The position numbers were made by a program, and so were the translations under genes. A DNA stretch of 59,969 nt from Nemertoderma westbladi (Eukaryota; Animalia; Xenacoelomorpha): contig JAUCBJ010000208.1 of the NCBI GenBank assembly GCA_032718475.1, positions 1 through 59,969 of the forward strand, in the 5' to 3' direction. Below, one piece after another: positions 36,703 through 49,356 of the stretch (position 1 is its first letter; every line of letters begins with the position of its first letter). Under the pieces are notes generated by a model. The model was not told the origin of the DNA, made no database searches, and saw only the letters and a program-made list of their open reading frames with translations.

Positions 36703-36903
36703 CTTTCTCCAGTTATTTGTAAACTTTTTATGAATCTTTTTAGCTTCCAGTTGGGGAATTAATTCATAGAAATCATCGTGAACAATGTCCCTCTTGGAAG
36801 TTATTGAAAGTAAAGGTAAAATATAAGTGAAAGTCAGTTTCTTGAAGATATTGGAACTGAAGTAAGGGTCACGCTGTTTTGTAAATCTGCCTTTGACATC
36901 CAT
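36703..36903 (-). CDS. ABCC4/MRP4-like transporter, coding exon 1 (67 aa, lasso/L0 region)
   Basis: DPYFSSNIFKKLTFTYILPLL...RDIVHDDFYEL...NNWRK resembles the NP...AN..S..FFWW..PL...R.L..DD.Y lasso motif; ends at a consensus donor. Confidence 0.88.
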
Positions 36904-37449
36904 TTTATAAAATCGAACTTCTATATTCTGGTAATCCTTGAATTTAAATATGACAACCGAAGGTATTACCTCAAGTTATATACCACAATATAATATAAAT
37001 ATCATTAATAAGTCCTAAAGGCTTTTAAATCAAATAATAATAAATAAAATTCACTGAAATCGTGTAATGTATTATTAGTTATATAGCCAAATAATAATTA
37101 CACTGCTTTGTACTTAACATGAACTCAAACTCATTGAGAAATTAATCCCAAACCTTAGCTACTAAATAAGCCTTCATGCACAGGCGATCAGGATACGATA
37201 AATTGATGCGTGCCAATATCCAATACTTACTTATTGTTGAATACAAGAAACACAAAAACTATGGCACAATTACTATAACTTGAGAGATATCTGATGTGAT
37301 AGGCTACATTAAGTAGTCCTACTAAAAGATTCAATAAATTAACTTTACAGAACCTCACCTATTAAAATATACCTATTGCAGAAAATTAAGTAATCAAAAG
37401 GTTTATTCGTTTTCATTAAAATTCCACGTAAATTCCACGTTCCACGTAT

Positions 37450-37715
37450 TTGTTGCATTGAATTCACACCTCTGCTCTGCCGAGGTGGTGGGTTTAATTC
37501 CTGCATATGGGGGCCAGCCGGCCAGGGAAGTTTTCGAATTTCTTTTCAGCACGATTGCTTTGGAAGGGACTAACTAGTCAGGGCGCTCTGCTCTGCTTTG
37601 CATCCTTAAATGGTATCTAAACGAGTACTAGAGTTTCCTCTGGGCTGGGGGGACCGCGCTTGAGAGATGCCGTCAGAATTTGTGCGTAATCCCTGGCCTA
37701 ACGGCCGAAGAAAAT
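37450..37715 (+). mobile_element. Possible SINE remnant
   Basis: Degenerate B box gaggtggtgggtttaattcc, a central gcatccttaaatggtatctaa segment reminiscent of SINE core domains, GC-richer than flanks. Confidence 0.35.
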
Positions 37716-38908
37716 TTTGCTTTTTTTACTTTAGGCTCACTAAAAATAAAAAAGATTACAAATAATAAAGAAATAAGCCTAAAATACAACCGTGTACTGA
37801 ACCTGCCAACATGGAGACATGTGCAGAATGCAAAGTAACTATTACTGTAATACTGTACAACAGCCACTGATCTGAAACCACAACAGCATCGTCTGGTAGT
37901 TCTGTGTCAGGTACCTGTATACTGTATTACTGTATACCAGTATACAGTACCCTGATACCTGTACAAAGCAGTATAGCTGTGAGTTCATTATCCTTGCCTC
38001 ACAACACACGCCGTCGCTAGGATACAAACTATGTGCTATTGGCTAACTTTGATGACGTCAATGTTCCCCCGGATACGAGTGACGTATGGCTAAACAGTAT
38101 GAATTTTACGGAAATTGGGGTAAATTTGTGAAAATGGCAATATTCTCGCTAATTTACACCCCGAAGACAGATATTTTAGGCCTACAGTAGTAGTGAAAAT
38201 AGAAACTGCTGCCCTTAAGTGGAACTATATCGTATTAAAATTACAGAGAGTTTAAATTACAGTATAAGTCTTCTCGTGGAGGCCAGTTGCCTCCAATTTT
38301 CAGCCCTTAGATTTGGCTGTAGGGGCAGCGGAACTTCAAATATGACGGAGAAAAAGAGGCCTCACCATGCTTGGAGGCTACGGCGAATAACAAAACAAAC
38401 CGACAATGTCGGTTTTTCAGGAATATAGCGCTCAGTCCGCGTGTGAAGGTGGATCGGGCATACTGTGTTTACTATAAATTTTGACAGATTGCATATCGAT
38501 TATTGTATTGCTAGAAAACGGATAAAAATAATTAAATATAATTATAATTGTCTTCGGGATATTAGCGATTCACTGGCTAAAATGTCGATTTTGGGCTAAA
38601 ATTACTACTTTGTGCACCATATTTGGGGTAACAATGTGTCGGCAAGCTTTGTTTTCGAGGTATTTGTTATTATACGTTTATTATAGGAAGGGATCTAGGG
38701 GTCTTAACCTCGAATGATAAGTTTTATTTTACCGAAAAAACTTATCTTTAGCTTATCTAAGACCCCTAGATCCCTTCCTATAATAAATGTATAATAACAA
38801 ATACCTCGAAAAACACAGCTCTTGCCAACACATTGTTACTATCAATAATAAAAATCTGGCTAAAAAATGGCAGCTGGCTTTGAAATTAATACTCCATATC
38901 TCAAGAAC

Positions 38909-38966
38909 CTGTGGCCTAGTGGTTGTAGTCTCGGCTTCCACCTCGAGGTCCCAGGTTCGAATCCGA
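38909..38966 (+). promoter_or_regulatory. tRNA-derived RNA polymerase III internal promoter (A and B boxes)
   Basis: A box TGGCCTAGTGG 38912-38922; B box GGTTCGAATCC 38954-38964; no convincing acceptor stem, so not a functional tRNA. Confidence 0.75.
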
Positions 38967-38967
38967 C

Positions 38968-39010
38968 ACCACGCTGATGAGATCCAGTAAGGTCAAAACG
39001 CGTACGTGGT
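38968..39010 (+). ncRNA. Minimal type I hammerhead ribozyme motif (G12A variant)
   Basis: accacg CTGATGA gatc cagtaa ggtc aAAA cgcg TA cgtggt: perfect 6-bp stem I, intact CUGAUGA, stem II, palindromic stem III; GAAA reads AAAA. Confidence 0.75.
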
Positions 39011-41350
39011 TTGGAGAGATATGAGATATTAATTTCAATAAAAATTACGCGATTCCTAAATTTGTACACTACCCGGTGAAAAAAGTACGCATGTGATGGG
39101 ATTAGTCCTACAATTGCGCCAATAAAGGATAAGTTATTTTCGGTAAAATAAACTTATCATTCGAAGTAAGAACCCTAGATCCCTTCCTATATAATATTTG
39201 GGGTGGATTAGACAAAAAATGTAAAAACCAAACCTATTTTTAGAATTACAAATATAAATGGACCAAATTTCAAAATATATAATTCTAAATGAGAGTTTGA
39301 GTTGATGGGAATCTAAAGCTTATAAGGAGGCAACAATGAAAAGCGCAAATATCTTAAACTTCATGATTTTAAAAATAAAACGTAAATAAAACGTTGTGGG
39401 TGAGGTTTACTTTTGTAAGGAACCGGATTTATCTATATCAATAGAAAAGTTGCGTTGCAAGGATTCCAAACATACAGTATAACAATGACTGAATTCGCTT
39501 AGAAACACCTGAGATGTAGGCATTAAACGATTGCAATAATTAACGTTCGCTGGAGGTAATATAATAATAATAATAATAATAATTTATATTATATATATTA
39601 TATTTAATAAATACCCAACGTTCTGGAACAGTTTATTTACGTATGTTTACGTTTAGCTAGGTATTGTTTAAGGATACTGTTTAAGGAGATTCATTAGATA
39701 AATATCACGTTCTAGAATTCTTAGCTGCTTGAAGGATTTACGCTGTATGTAAACATAAAGATTTAATTCGCTTCTTTAGATTTAATTAGCTGATTACAAG
39801 AGTGGCGACCTCAACCCTAATTTAAAGTGTCATCTAACCCCTAACTCATAGAGCAAGATATAGTGTGGGATTTCGGATATCATTACCATAATAGGTACGA
39901 TAGACCGTCGATGCCAACAATGTCCACTTAGAAGACAAAGACAGTATGACAAAGTAGTAAATTTGCAACAAAAATTGGAATTTGCCAAATTAGCTACCTA
40001 ATTAAAATTTTCTCCATTTAAATTGAATAAGTTGAGTTTAGAATCAGCAACATAAAAATATGTGCTTAACAATGTGTTGACCACTGCGTTCCCAGCGATG
40101 CACAAAAGCAATATTCTTATTCTTATACAGGTCAGATCAAATAGTAGGCACTACCTCAATAATCCCCTAGTTTTTGTCATGAACAACTTCTTGTACTTTT
40201 GTTGCTTGATTAGAGACACCTCCAAAACAAAGAGCGATAGAGTTAGGTTGTCCAGTCCAGGTTGAAATTCCGAATTCCGTTTTATAGAAACTTAATTATC
40301 CCAGTGGATTTTCTACCGCAGCACTAAAATATATTTTAGTTTATATAATTAATTTGATAATTTAATAAATAATTAATGTAATAATACTATTTACATTATA
40401 ATTCACACAAACGTCAATAATGATGAGCTCATGAGTTAACTATTCTCCTATAAGAAACACAGTAGACTCACAAATAACAATCCAATATGGATGCTCGATC
40501 GATATCTTATGGTAGTTTTTATGCAGACATAGATTTAGCATTGCTAACGTTGTCGCTTTAGGTTCAATAAATTTGTGTAGAGAAACATGTGTAGACATGG
40601 ATTCACTATAGATGGCACTAAATTTAACCTAAATTTAAAGTTGAGTGATTGCCATCTATCTGGTTTGACTACCTGTTGTTAGAACTAACAATACGGCCTT
40701 TGTCCTCTTTTTAAGAGTAAAAAAGTTATCGAGAACACATTAATGAAAAATATATTTATAAATAACACAACGGCCACTTTGGCCATTAACATTGGATCAC
40801 GGATATGCGATGATTCACACATTCACACGCATTTCTTTCATATAACCGACGTTATAATTTTAATGTACCGCAAAAAAAATAATATACAAATAATTATGCG
40901 GAATATGAATATTGAATTTTTATTCCGTTCAATAAAAACAAACTTTAATGAATAAAAAAAAAATATAATATCCTACTTTACAAAGGCAAATAAGAAAAAT
41001 CAGATTTAGCAAATCGAAAATCACGAAAAAACACTATAATTTTCAATTAAGAAACCGGAGCTCGAGAAATATGGATTGTCCATCGAGATCCCGTTCCAAC
41101 ACAAGATCAGTACGCCTACAGCATGATTGATTAAAACTATCAAGTTAGTGTAGGGCAAATTAGGTCTTTTCAGCTCGATGTTTAATTTAAGGAGAAATAA
41201 AATCGCTCAGAAAAATAATGGGCGAAACTGGACCATCTGCCCTATTTATCTAAAATATACAGCGTAGACGTAGAGGGTAGCACGAACTTAGTTCCAATCG
41301 CACTTAGTTCCAATTGAAACTAATTTAGTTCCAAAATAAATTTTACAAAG

Positions 41351-42143
41351 CGAACTTAGTTCCAATCGAGGCGAACATAGTTCCAAACGAGGCGAACTTA
41401 GTTCCAATCGAGGCGAACTTAGTTCCAATCGAGGCGAACTTAGTTCCAATCGAGGCGAACTTAGTTCCAATCGAGGCGAACTTAGTTCCAATCGACGCGA
41501 ACTTAGTTCCAAACGAGGCGAACTTAGTTCCAATCGAGGCGAACTTAGTTCCAATCGAGGCGAACTTAGTTCCAATCGAGGCGAACTTAGTTCCAATCGA
41601 GGCGAACTTAGTTCCAATCGAGGCGAACTTAGTTCCAATCGAGGCGAACTTAGTTCCAATCGAGGCGAACTTAGTTCCAATCGAGGCGAACTTAGTTCCA
41701 ATCGAGGCGAACTTAGTTCCAATCGAGGCGAACTTAGTTCCAATCGAGGCGAACTTAGTTCCAATCGAGGCGAACTTAGTTCCAATCGAGGCGAACTTAG
41801 TTCCAATCGAGGCGAACTTAGTTCCAATCGAGGCGAACTTAGTTCCAATCGAGGCGAACTTAGTTCCAATCGAGGCGAACTTAGTTCCAATCGAGGCGAA
41901 CTTAGTTCCAATCGAGGCGAACTTAGTTCCGATCGAGGCGAACTTAGTTCCGATCGAGGCGAACTTAGTTCCAATCGAGGCGAACTTAGTTCCAATCGAG
42001 GCGAACTTAGTTCCAATCGAGGCGAACTTAGTTCCAATCGAGGCGAACTTAGTTCCAATCGAGGCGAACTTAGTTCCAATCGAGGCGAACTTAGTTCCGA
42101 TCGAGGCGAACTTAGTTCCGATCGAGGCGAACTTAGTTCCAAT
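41351..42143. repeat. 21-bp minisatellite (cgaacttagttccaatcgagg), ~38 near-identical copies
   Basis: Directly visible; explains the (LELSSPR)n ORF at 41288-42142. Confidence 0.97.
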
Positions 42144-42260
42144 CCCAGAATATCAAAACGAATTTAGATCCAATGGAAGCGAATTTAGTTCCTTCCAATG
42201 TTTAATCGTGGGGATAGCCATGTAGTAGGCGAAGCCTATTACGTATTGCCACTATTTGGG

Positions 42261-43076
42261 GGATGTAGGACAATTCGGTCCGTACAATTCGGTCCCGGAC
42301 AATTCGGTCCCGGACAATTCGGTCCCAAAACACTAAATAAATGGGACCGAATTGTCCGGGACCGAATTGTCCTAGGACCGAATTGTCCTAGGACCGAATT
42401 GTCCGGGACCGAATTGTCCGGGACCGAATTGTCCGGTTCCTGATAGCAACTTCTTAGTGCTTTTTTGATATTGGTGAATGTTCTAGAACATTAGTAGAGA
42501 TATTTGTTATGGTAGCTAGTGTTATTTACTCGCTAGAATTTTTTGAAATTTTAAAAATACTGTATTTTTTTTTATTTTTGTTATTGGTAGTGTTCGAGAA
42601 CATTGCTATATATTATTTATTAAGGTGTAGCTATTGTTTTTTTTTTACTAGCTAGCATTTCATTGAAATTATAAAATCACTTGTGAAAACAATGATATTT
42701 CAGAATTAGGCCTAAACTGTTGCTGATTATATTAATTATCAACAATATTTATGATATTATAACAGTCCCTGAATGAGATCCAGCTATTATCTAGGATAAT
42801 AATTTAGGCTTGTTAACCAACCAACAACACATACAGTATACTTACGCAGTATATAAAAAAAATCAGTTTTAAACATTTTAAATACATACTATTACTAGAC
42901 TAGCTAGTAAATATTTCAATTACAATTCGGTCCCATTAATATGCATGTTTTGGGACCGAATTGTCCTAGTCAGTATCCGGACAATTCGGTCCCGGACAAT
43001 TAGGTCCCAAAACACAAAATTAATGGGACCGAATTGTCCGGGACCGAATTGTCCGGGACCGAATTGTCCTGCTTCC
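42261..43076. mobile_element. Mutator-like (MULE) non-autonomous element, 816 bp, nested
   Basis: Termini ggatgtaggacaattcggtcc / ggaccgaattgtcctgcttcc; 15-bp subrepeats ggacaattcggtccc in both orientations at both ends; 9-bp TSD ctatttggg (42252-42260, 43077-43085). Confidence 0.85.
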
Positions 43077-43912
43077 CTATTTGGGGTGTGTCAGGGTCAA
43101 CAATAATTGTAAAACCCTTCTGTCATTTTTAGAAAACGAATTATTATTAATGAATTAAATGTATAATTACACATTTTGAAATATATATTAATCACGAGTA
43201 TACTGATACTGATACTGACTGACTGAGTCTGTAGTATTATATACTCAAGTCATGCACATTGCGCCATTTTCACAGCAAATACAATATTTACCAGTTGTTT
43301 CGGTTTAGGTGGATGGGCGTTGATTGGGTTAAGAGGTTGGGCGTTGTTTGGGTTAGGAGGTTGGGCGTTGTTTGGGTTAGGAGGTTGGGCGTTGTTTTTT
43401 ACAATGAAAATCATTTTAAATGATTAAATATAAATGAATTTAATTTAATTGTTTGGGTTAAGAGGTTGGGAGTTATTTGGGATACGATTGTTTTGGTTAG
43501 GAGGTTGGGCGTTATGGGTTAGTTATTTATAATTATTATTTAACCCTCCACCCAATAGTGTCCTTAAACATAGATTCTTCGCCAACTACGTGGCTCGACC
43601 CACACCTGAAACATTGGAACTAAATTCGCTTCATTGGAACTTAACTAAATTCGCATGCATTGGAACTAAAATAGTTTTCGTTTTCTCTAGTTATTGGAAC
43701 TAAGTTCGCCTAAATTGGAACTAAATTCGCCAAAATTGGAACTAAATTAGTTTCCATTGGAACTACATTCGTTTCCATTGGAACTAAATTAGTTTCCATT
43801 GGAACTAAATTCGCATGAGGCTTAAATTGGAACTAAGTACGGGGAATCTCAGAGTGAAACAGTCTAAGTAATCCGGAACTGCACCATCTGGTTCTGCATG
43901 TCAATAATAATG

Positions 43913-45011
43913 TATGATGTTAGACAACCACGACTTTAGAGGGATTGTGATATTAATATAAAAACTAGAGTTGAAACAGAGACCTGTTTTTCTTAATCCC
44001 GGTAAACCAGAGCCCTACCCGGAGAATTATTTGGAAAAATACTGGAGACCAGAGCCAGAGATCAGAGACTTTGCTTATTTTTATACTTACAATTTGATTA
44101 CTCCCCTATAACACAAACAGGTACATTACATACGGCCTTAAAACTATTTTTCTATGGTTCAATTGCAGTAAAGTAAATCCAACCCATTTCAACCCTTACT
44201 TACTTACCCATTGGAAGAAAATAAGCGCACGTACAGTTTGGGGGACTTAATTAATATTAATTTGGTTATTTGTTTATTAATTCGTTTTATTTTGTTATTG
44301 TTAGTAATATGTTACATTAATTTGTTTTGCGCCAAAGGTACCGGTACTTTGTTAATTAAAGGCACTTATTTTACAATTGTTCAAATGATAAACAGGTAGT
44401 AGTACAGTGCACAGGTATAGTAATCTACTCGCCCCATTTACAAGCATCGTTACGCTCGTTCTCTCCATTTGGTCGTCATATTATCTATCCTATAACAAAT
44501 TGAATGGAGAACAGCCCTTTCTTTCACTTTTAAACATTACGGGAGCTCAAATTAAGCGCCCATATCCTTAAATAAGAACCATCTTTAGGTGCTAATTTAA
44601 CTTAAAATTAAACGAAACTTAAATTAATTAAATAGAAGATTATCGGTACATTTATTAGAAATAGAAATAGTGTAAAAGTGAATATATAATTGTGTTGAAG
44701 CGGTTTATGAAAAATAGTTAAAAATTTAAGAAATAATTAATTGTAAAAAATTTGTGAAAAGTAATCTTCATTTCACATTTTGTGTTGTACAGGATCTATT
44801 TTTAAATAACTATTTCTAATTTGTAAAATCACTGATCTCTGGGTAAAATGTCTGTTTTCAATACCTGGGAACCAGAAACCTATCCAGAGACCAAAAAATA
44901 GCCCGGAGAATCCAGAGATCAGTCACAAGTCTCTGTTTCAACTCTAATAAAAACAATAAAATAGGTTATTAATATACAATCCCTCTAAAGTCGTGGTTGT
45001 CTAACATCATA
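43913..45011. mobile_element. Small palindromic element (~120 bp when empty) split by a hAT insertion
   Basis: tatgatgttagacaaccacgactttagagggattgt at 43913 and its exact reverse complement ending ~45011. Confidence 0.7.
43966..44946. mobile_element. hAT-like non-autonomous element, 981 bp
   Basis: TIRs tagagttgaaacagagac / gtctctgtttcaactcta; 8-bp TSD ataaaaac (43958-43965, 44947-44954). Confidence 0.85.
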
Positions 45012-45779
45012 TAATTATATCTTTACAGGGACATTTTCTGACATCTGCGCAATTTTGTTTTAAAAATCTGATCATTTATCTGTACATACCGGTAGGTGCT
45101 AATTGGGGTTGGTTGCATTCAGTGGGGAATCATGTTTATGCATTTGGGGCTGATGGTAACATACATTGTGGGGTGGGTGGTTTCAACTCTGTTTGGACTT
45201 AAGTTGCATATCTTATCTCTAACAGCGGACCTACCGGCCTCAAGTATATTAGAGTGAAACAGGAGGAAAGTACAAATAAATAAATATTCAGCTCTCCAAT
45301 TCAGCCTAACAGCCTAACGGTAAGCCGTACTTTTTAGCGCACAACTACCTGTTGGGTCGTTCACAGTTAGCTGTGTACCGCTGGCCTCCACCCAGGCAGG
45401 CTAGGTGGAGGTAAACTGCAAAGTGAAATATAACAGAAGAAAGCCTTGTATACTTCAAATGGGTCCGGCCTGGTCTCTCTATCTCTCCCTCTTGCAGTCT
45501 TGTGTGTTGTATAATGTATATTATTATGTATTATTGATGAATAATGGTGTAATCAATGGATAATATTGAGAAAAAATACCAGAAATAAATCACCATAACA
45601 ACAATAATTACATTATTTTAGAGGGCCCTCTTCCATACAACAACTACAACCTATAGCTCTCTATAAAGAGGCATTTTCGTAATGAACATTATTATAATTA
45701 GTGTATTACTGTAATATATTAAAGTGACTCGTCCTTTTTTAGATAACTTTTTTTTATTGCTCAAGTGATTTTGTGGGCA

Positions 45780-46020
45780 AGTGACTGAAATTTTATCAAA
45801 ACTGTAACTGTAACTGAAATGCTTAATTTTTTAATACTGAAACTGTAACTGAAATGCAAAACTTTGAATACTGTAACTGTAACTGAAATGTTACACATTG
45901 TAATACTGAAACTGTGACTGTAACTGAAAGGCAAAACTTTGAATACTGAAACTGTAACTGAAATGCAAAACTTTGAATACTGTAACTGTAACTGAAATTA
46001 GTAAAAATTGATTCAGTTCT
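45780..46020. repeat. Degenerate ~39-bp repeats rich in actgtaactgaa
   Basis: aatactg(a/t)aactgtaactgaaatgcaaaactttg recurs ~5 times. Confidence 0.7.
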
Positions 46021-46604
46021 CAACTTTAGTCAACAGCTCAAGTTTGTTTCACTTTACGAGGGCAGTCAGTGATTACCCTCGCAAAGTGAAACAAACCGCA
46101 AGAATCAGCACTGTAAAGTGTTACTTTATTACACGTCATGTAAAATAGTTATTAATTTATTTCCTTTCAAAATTTGTCATAAAACAAAAATTGTTGCTGT
46201 TCCGTATATTAGCACAATAACCGAAGGCGTTTATTGCAAAATAAAACAAATATAACGCTCAATAATAAGGTTAAATATATATCAATTATTAAACCGTCGT
46301 ATAATTAAAAAATCATAATTAATATTATTATTATTATTATATTCTTTATTTCATGCAATTGCACATAGTAAAATTATTTAATATATATGATCACAAAATA
46401 TATATATCATACAACATGGTAACTAACTTCTATGAATATATTATTAAAAAGAAAAAAGAAAAAAGAAGAAAAACAATAACTATTTACTCATATTGTTCGC
46501 GATTATACACATTTAGGTTAGAAATACAGGGTCTTTCATTTCACGTATTCGTGAATATTATATCCAATGCCGATTATTTTCTTTAACGTTCAGTAATGCG
46601 TGTA

Positions 46605-47717
46605 TTAACGGTCGTCCTCTGGGTTAGAAGATGTGCGCTGTCTGGGTCGGACTGCACGTAAGTGAAGTCTCTCGGAAGGCAACCTACGGCCACGTACCGT
46701 AGCGTTGCTACTGTACAACCTACCTCGCGCCTTACGCTCCAAGGCTTGTCGCCTGAAAATAGTCATAACTTGATAGACAATTCGCAACCACATCCAGTTG
46801 GGTAGCAGATTGCAAGCCCAGAACTGCAACGAGTGGGACCAGTAGCCTGTTGTGCGAGGCGCGTAGGTGAGCGTGTTAAGCGCTTCCTTAACGTAGTCCC
46901 TGGCAGTCGGAATGAAAGCGCTTTGCTTCGAAAGAGCAGGACTGTAGGTTGTGCGGCGAGTCATAACGCAATTAGGGAGAAGCGATTGTATTAGAATACC
47001 GTCTTTACGGTATTCCTCGTTCAAACAGACAGACATGTAGTCCAGGTAGTTTTTTGTAGCACCGTACACCGTCATTAAAGGCAGTGGGCGAGTTGAAACC
47101 CCTGAACAGACGTTTATGATGGCACCTTTGTGACGGCGAACCATCTGTGGCAGTATAGTGTGGCACATCATGGTAGCGGCGCCAACGTTCACGCTTATCA
47201 TCTGCCAGATCCTCTCCGGGTGTAAGTCAAGGAAGGGCATAGGGAAGTCGTACATAATTCCGACGTTGTTAACCAGCAAACCGACTTCGAATTCATCTAG
47301 TACCACGCGTATGTCTTTGTAAACATTGAGGTCGGAAGAGAAATTAACCTCGATAATGTGAGTTTGTATACCGTGTTCCTGTTTTAATTCCAAGGAAGTT
47401 TGTAATAATTTCGCGTAATTTCGACTGATGAGGATTATGTTTATGCCTCTAGAAGCGAGTTCATTCGCGAAAGCTTTCCCAATGCCATCCGTGGACCCGG
47501 TAACAACAGCCCAGTCTCCGAAACGCTTTTGTAAATTGACACTGGGCCCGTTTTTGTACTGTTTGTATGCGTGAGCGAGCCGTATGGATCTATAAATTAC
47601 TTGAATAAGTTGCTTGGAAACATAAAGAATTCCAATACAAGCGGCTGCTTCCTGGTAAGACTGCGTTATGTGTTGGACTTCATTTAGGACGAACTCAAAA
47701 GTATCAACTGCAGCCAT
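46605..47717 (-). CDS. HSDL1: Short-chain dehydrogenase/reductase of the 17-beta-HSD3/12/HSDL1 group, most like HSDL1; 370 aa, single coding exon
   Basis: WAVVTGSTDGIGKAFANELA (TGxxxGxG), LVNNVG, YGATK, RTTGYWSHSLQ; N-terminal YQEAAACIGILY resembles the HSDL1 N-terminus. Confidence 0.8.
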   Translation of the reverse strand: MAAVDTFEFVLNEVQHITQSYQEAAACIGILYVSKQLIQVIYRSIRLAHAYKQYKNGPSVNLQKRFGDWAVVTGSTDGIGKAFANELASRGINIILISRNYAKLLQTSLELKQEHGIQTHIIEVNFSSDLNVYKDIRVVLDEFEVGLLVNNVGIMYDFPMPFLDLHPERIWQMISVNVGAATMMCHTILPQMVRRHKGAIINVCSGVSTRPLPLMTVYGATKNYLDYMSVCLNEEYRKDGILIQSLLPNCVMTRRTTYSPALSKQSAFIPTARDYVKEALNTLTYAPRTTGYWSHSLQFWACNLLPNWMWLRIVYQVMTIFRRQALERKARGRLYSSNATVRGRRLPSERLHLRAVRPRQRTSSNPEDDR

Positions 47718-49356
47718 ATCCAGGGGTTCCCGACTTGTCTGTATTTCAATATTCTAATACCAGTATGGGAGGCAGGGTAGACTAGTAGGCCTCACTGCAG
47801 TACTGTACGAGTACAGGAGCGAGTACGAGTACGGTACTGCGCAACTGCGGTAGCTGCGCCCCGCAAATACAGTGACGACAACTACTGAACTACAATACCG
47901 GTACACTTAGCAGGTTCATGGAGTAGGATCAGAGGATAAAGAATTAATTGCTGAATGTTGGAATGGCTCCGGCGGGAAATTCGAAATTCAACTATTCCAG
48001 TTTCTGCTCTGAAAGGCCTACTACTGTACTATCATAGGCCTAAAACTGTACTATCTGTTCCGCCAGTACTGTTATACTTTTTTTGGCATAAAATGAATGT
48101 AATGTGCAGGAAATTAAAGGAATGTACTAGCAACAACAAACAACATCCGGGTGAAGGTGAACTACCGTAATTCATTGTGTGCTTCTGTGATACATGAACA
48201 TGGTGGGGCCAATTTTTCAACAATTAAACAAACAGTAAAACTTCAACAGTAAAAACCCCAACAGTAAAATCTTCGGATATCACTTTTCACTTTCACCTAT
48301 CAGGACCAGCTTGTGTGTTTATTCACTTGTGGAAAAATATGATAGAGAGAATTGAGAAGAAAGAGATAATAGAAGGTGGTGATGGGAAGGGAGTAAATTG
48401 GCTATATACTGTAGAATGGATTGAAATTCAAGAAAAGAAATGTTGATTAAAATTATATAAAAATAAGTAGTAATTGGTTTGGCCGCTTTCTGCCACGGTA
48501 TAATAATCATATTTTGCGAAAATAATACTCTGGATATGGCAGTACACCTACCTCTACACCATGTCCTGGAATATAGTGTCGAGAATCAATGACACAATTC
48601 CCCCCCCCCCCCCCCCCCCCCCAATTTTGCTACAAATCGTAATGAGATTGCCTGAAATTTGAAACAGAGATAGTTTTACCTCCCTTCTCCTTTCTGGGTG
48701 AACCATAATTTTTATTTTCGCTTTCAATCTTTAGCTACAAGCGTTTAAAAAAATTATTGGCGGCGATATTGTACCAATCGTAATGCAGTTATATTCTTCA
48801 ACCTCATGGTTCATGGTACGCAATGTAAATGTAAGCAATCATTCTACTGTAGCAATGGAAAGCTGGCCGTGCAAGGATTCAAAACATGTGAAGTCTACCA
48901 ACAATTTTTTAAATGTTCCATATCTGTAGGCTACTAAACATCTACTGTATGTGGGATTGCTGCGTAATATAACAACGATCCTACGTGATCATAGCGTCGG
49001 TAATTCGACAAAACCCCCTACTGTAAGTCGATTTTTGTAGTTTTGAGAAAAACGAAAAAAAACTGAATATTTTAAGAAATCTTGAGTAATGCGATCTAAT
49101 TTTTCACTAAATATAATCTAAAATAGCATATAATATGTTTGGGCACATATTTTTAGAGGTAGATCGCATTTTAGACCATTTAATTTGATATCTGTTGTTT
49201 TGGCAGATTGTGAAACAAAATAGTTACAGTAGGTTAGAACATACAATTAAGGGGGGTTATCTTTAGCATGTGGGGTTTTATCATATTCCATATGGCCCAT
49301 TAAATGACTTACTAGTTAGTAGTTAGAAACACTGTAATATTACATTATTTTTATAA

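Larger units (their letters stand above)
38630..39195 (+). mobile_element. Penelope-like/SINE-like retroelement with tRNA-derived head, hammerhead motif and inverted 5' duplication
   Basis: 38630-38706 is mirrored at 38758-38839; 38682-38748 is mirrored again at 39127-39191; flanked by atttggggt (38621-38629, 39196-39204). Confidence 0.7.
41272..43850. mobile_element. Foldback/Mutator-like element with 21-bp subterminal repeats in inverted orientation at both ends
   Basis: Left arm gaacttagttccaa repeats (41285-42195); right arm ttggaactaa(a/g)ttcg repeats (43614-43845); no TSD recognised. Confidence 0.65.

Noticed and set aside
38909-38975. Functional tRNA gene
   Set aside because: A and B boxes are present but acceptor and anticodon stems are not convincing, and it runs straight into a hammerhead motif.
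41288-42142. 284-aa (LELSSPR)n ORF
   Set aside because: By-product of a 21-bp repeat lacking stops in one frame; no ATG start; lies in a transposon arm.
43310-43525. Telomeric repeats
   Set aside because: gggttagg occurs inside a ~24-bp degenerate repeat within a transposon, not as (TTAGGG)n or (TTAGG)n.
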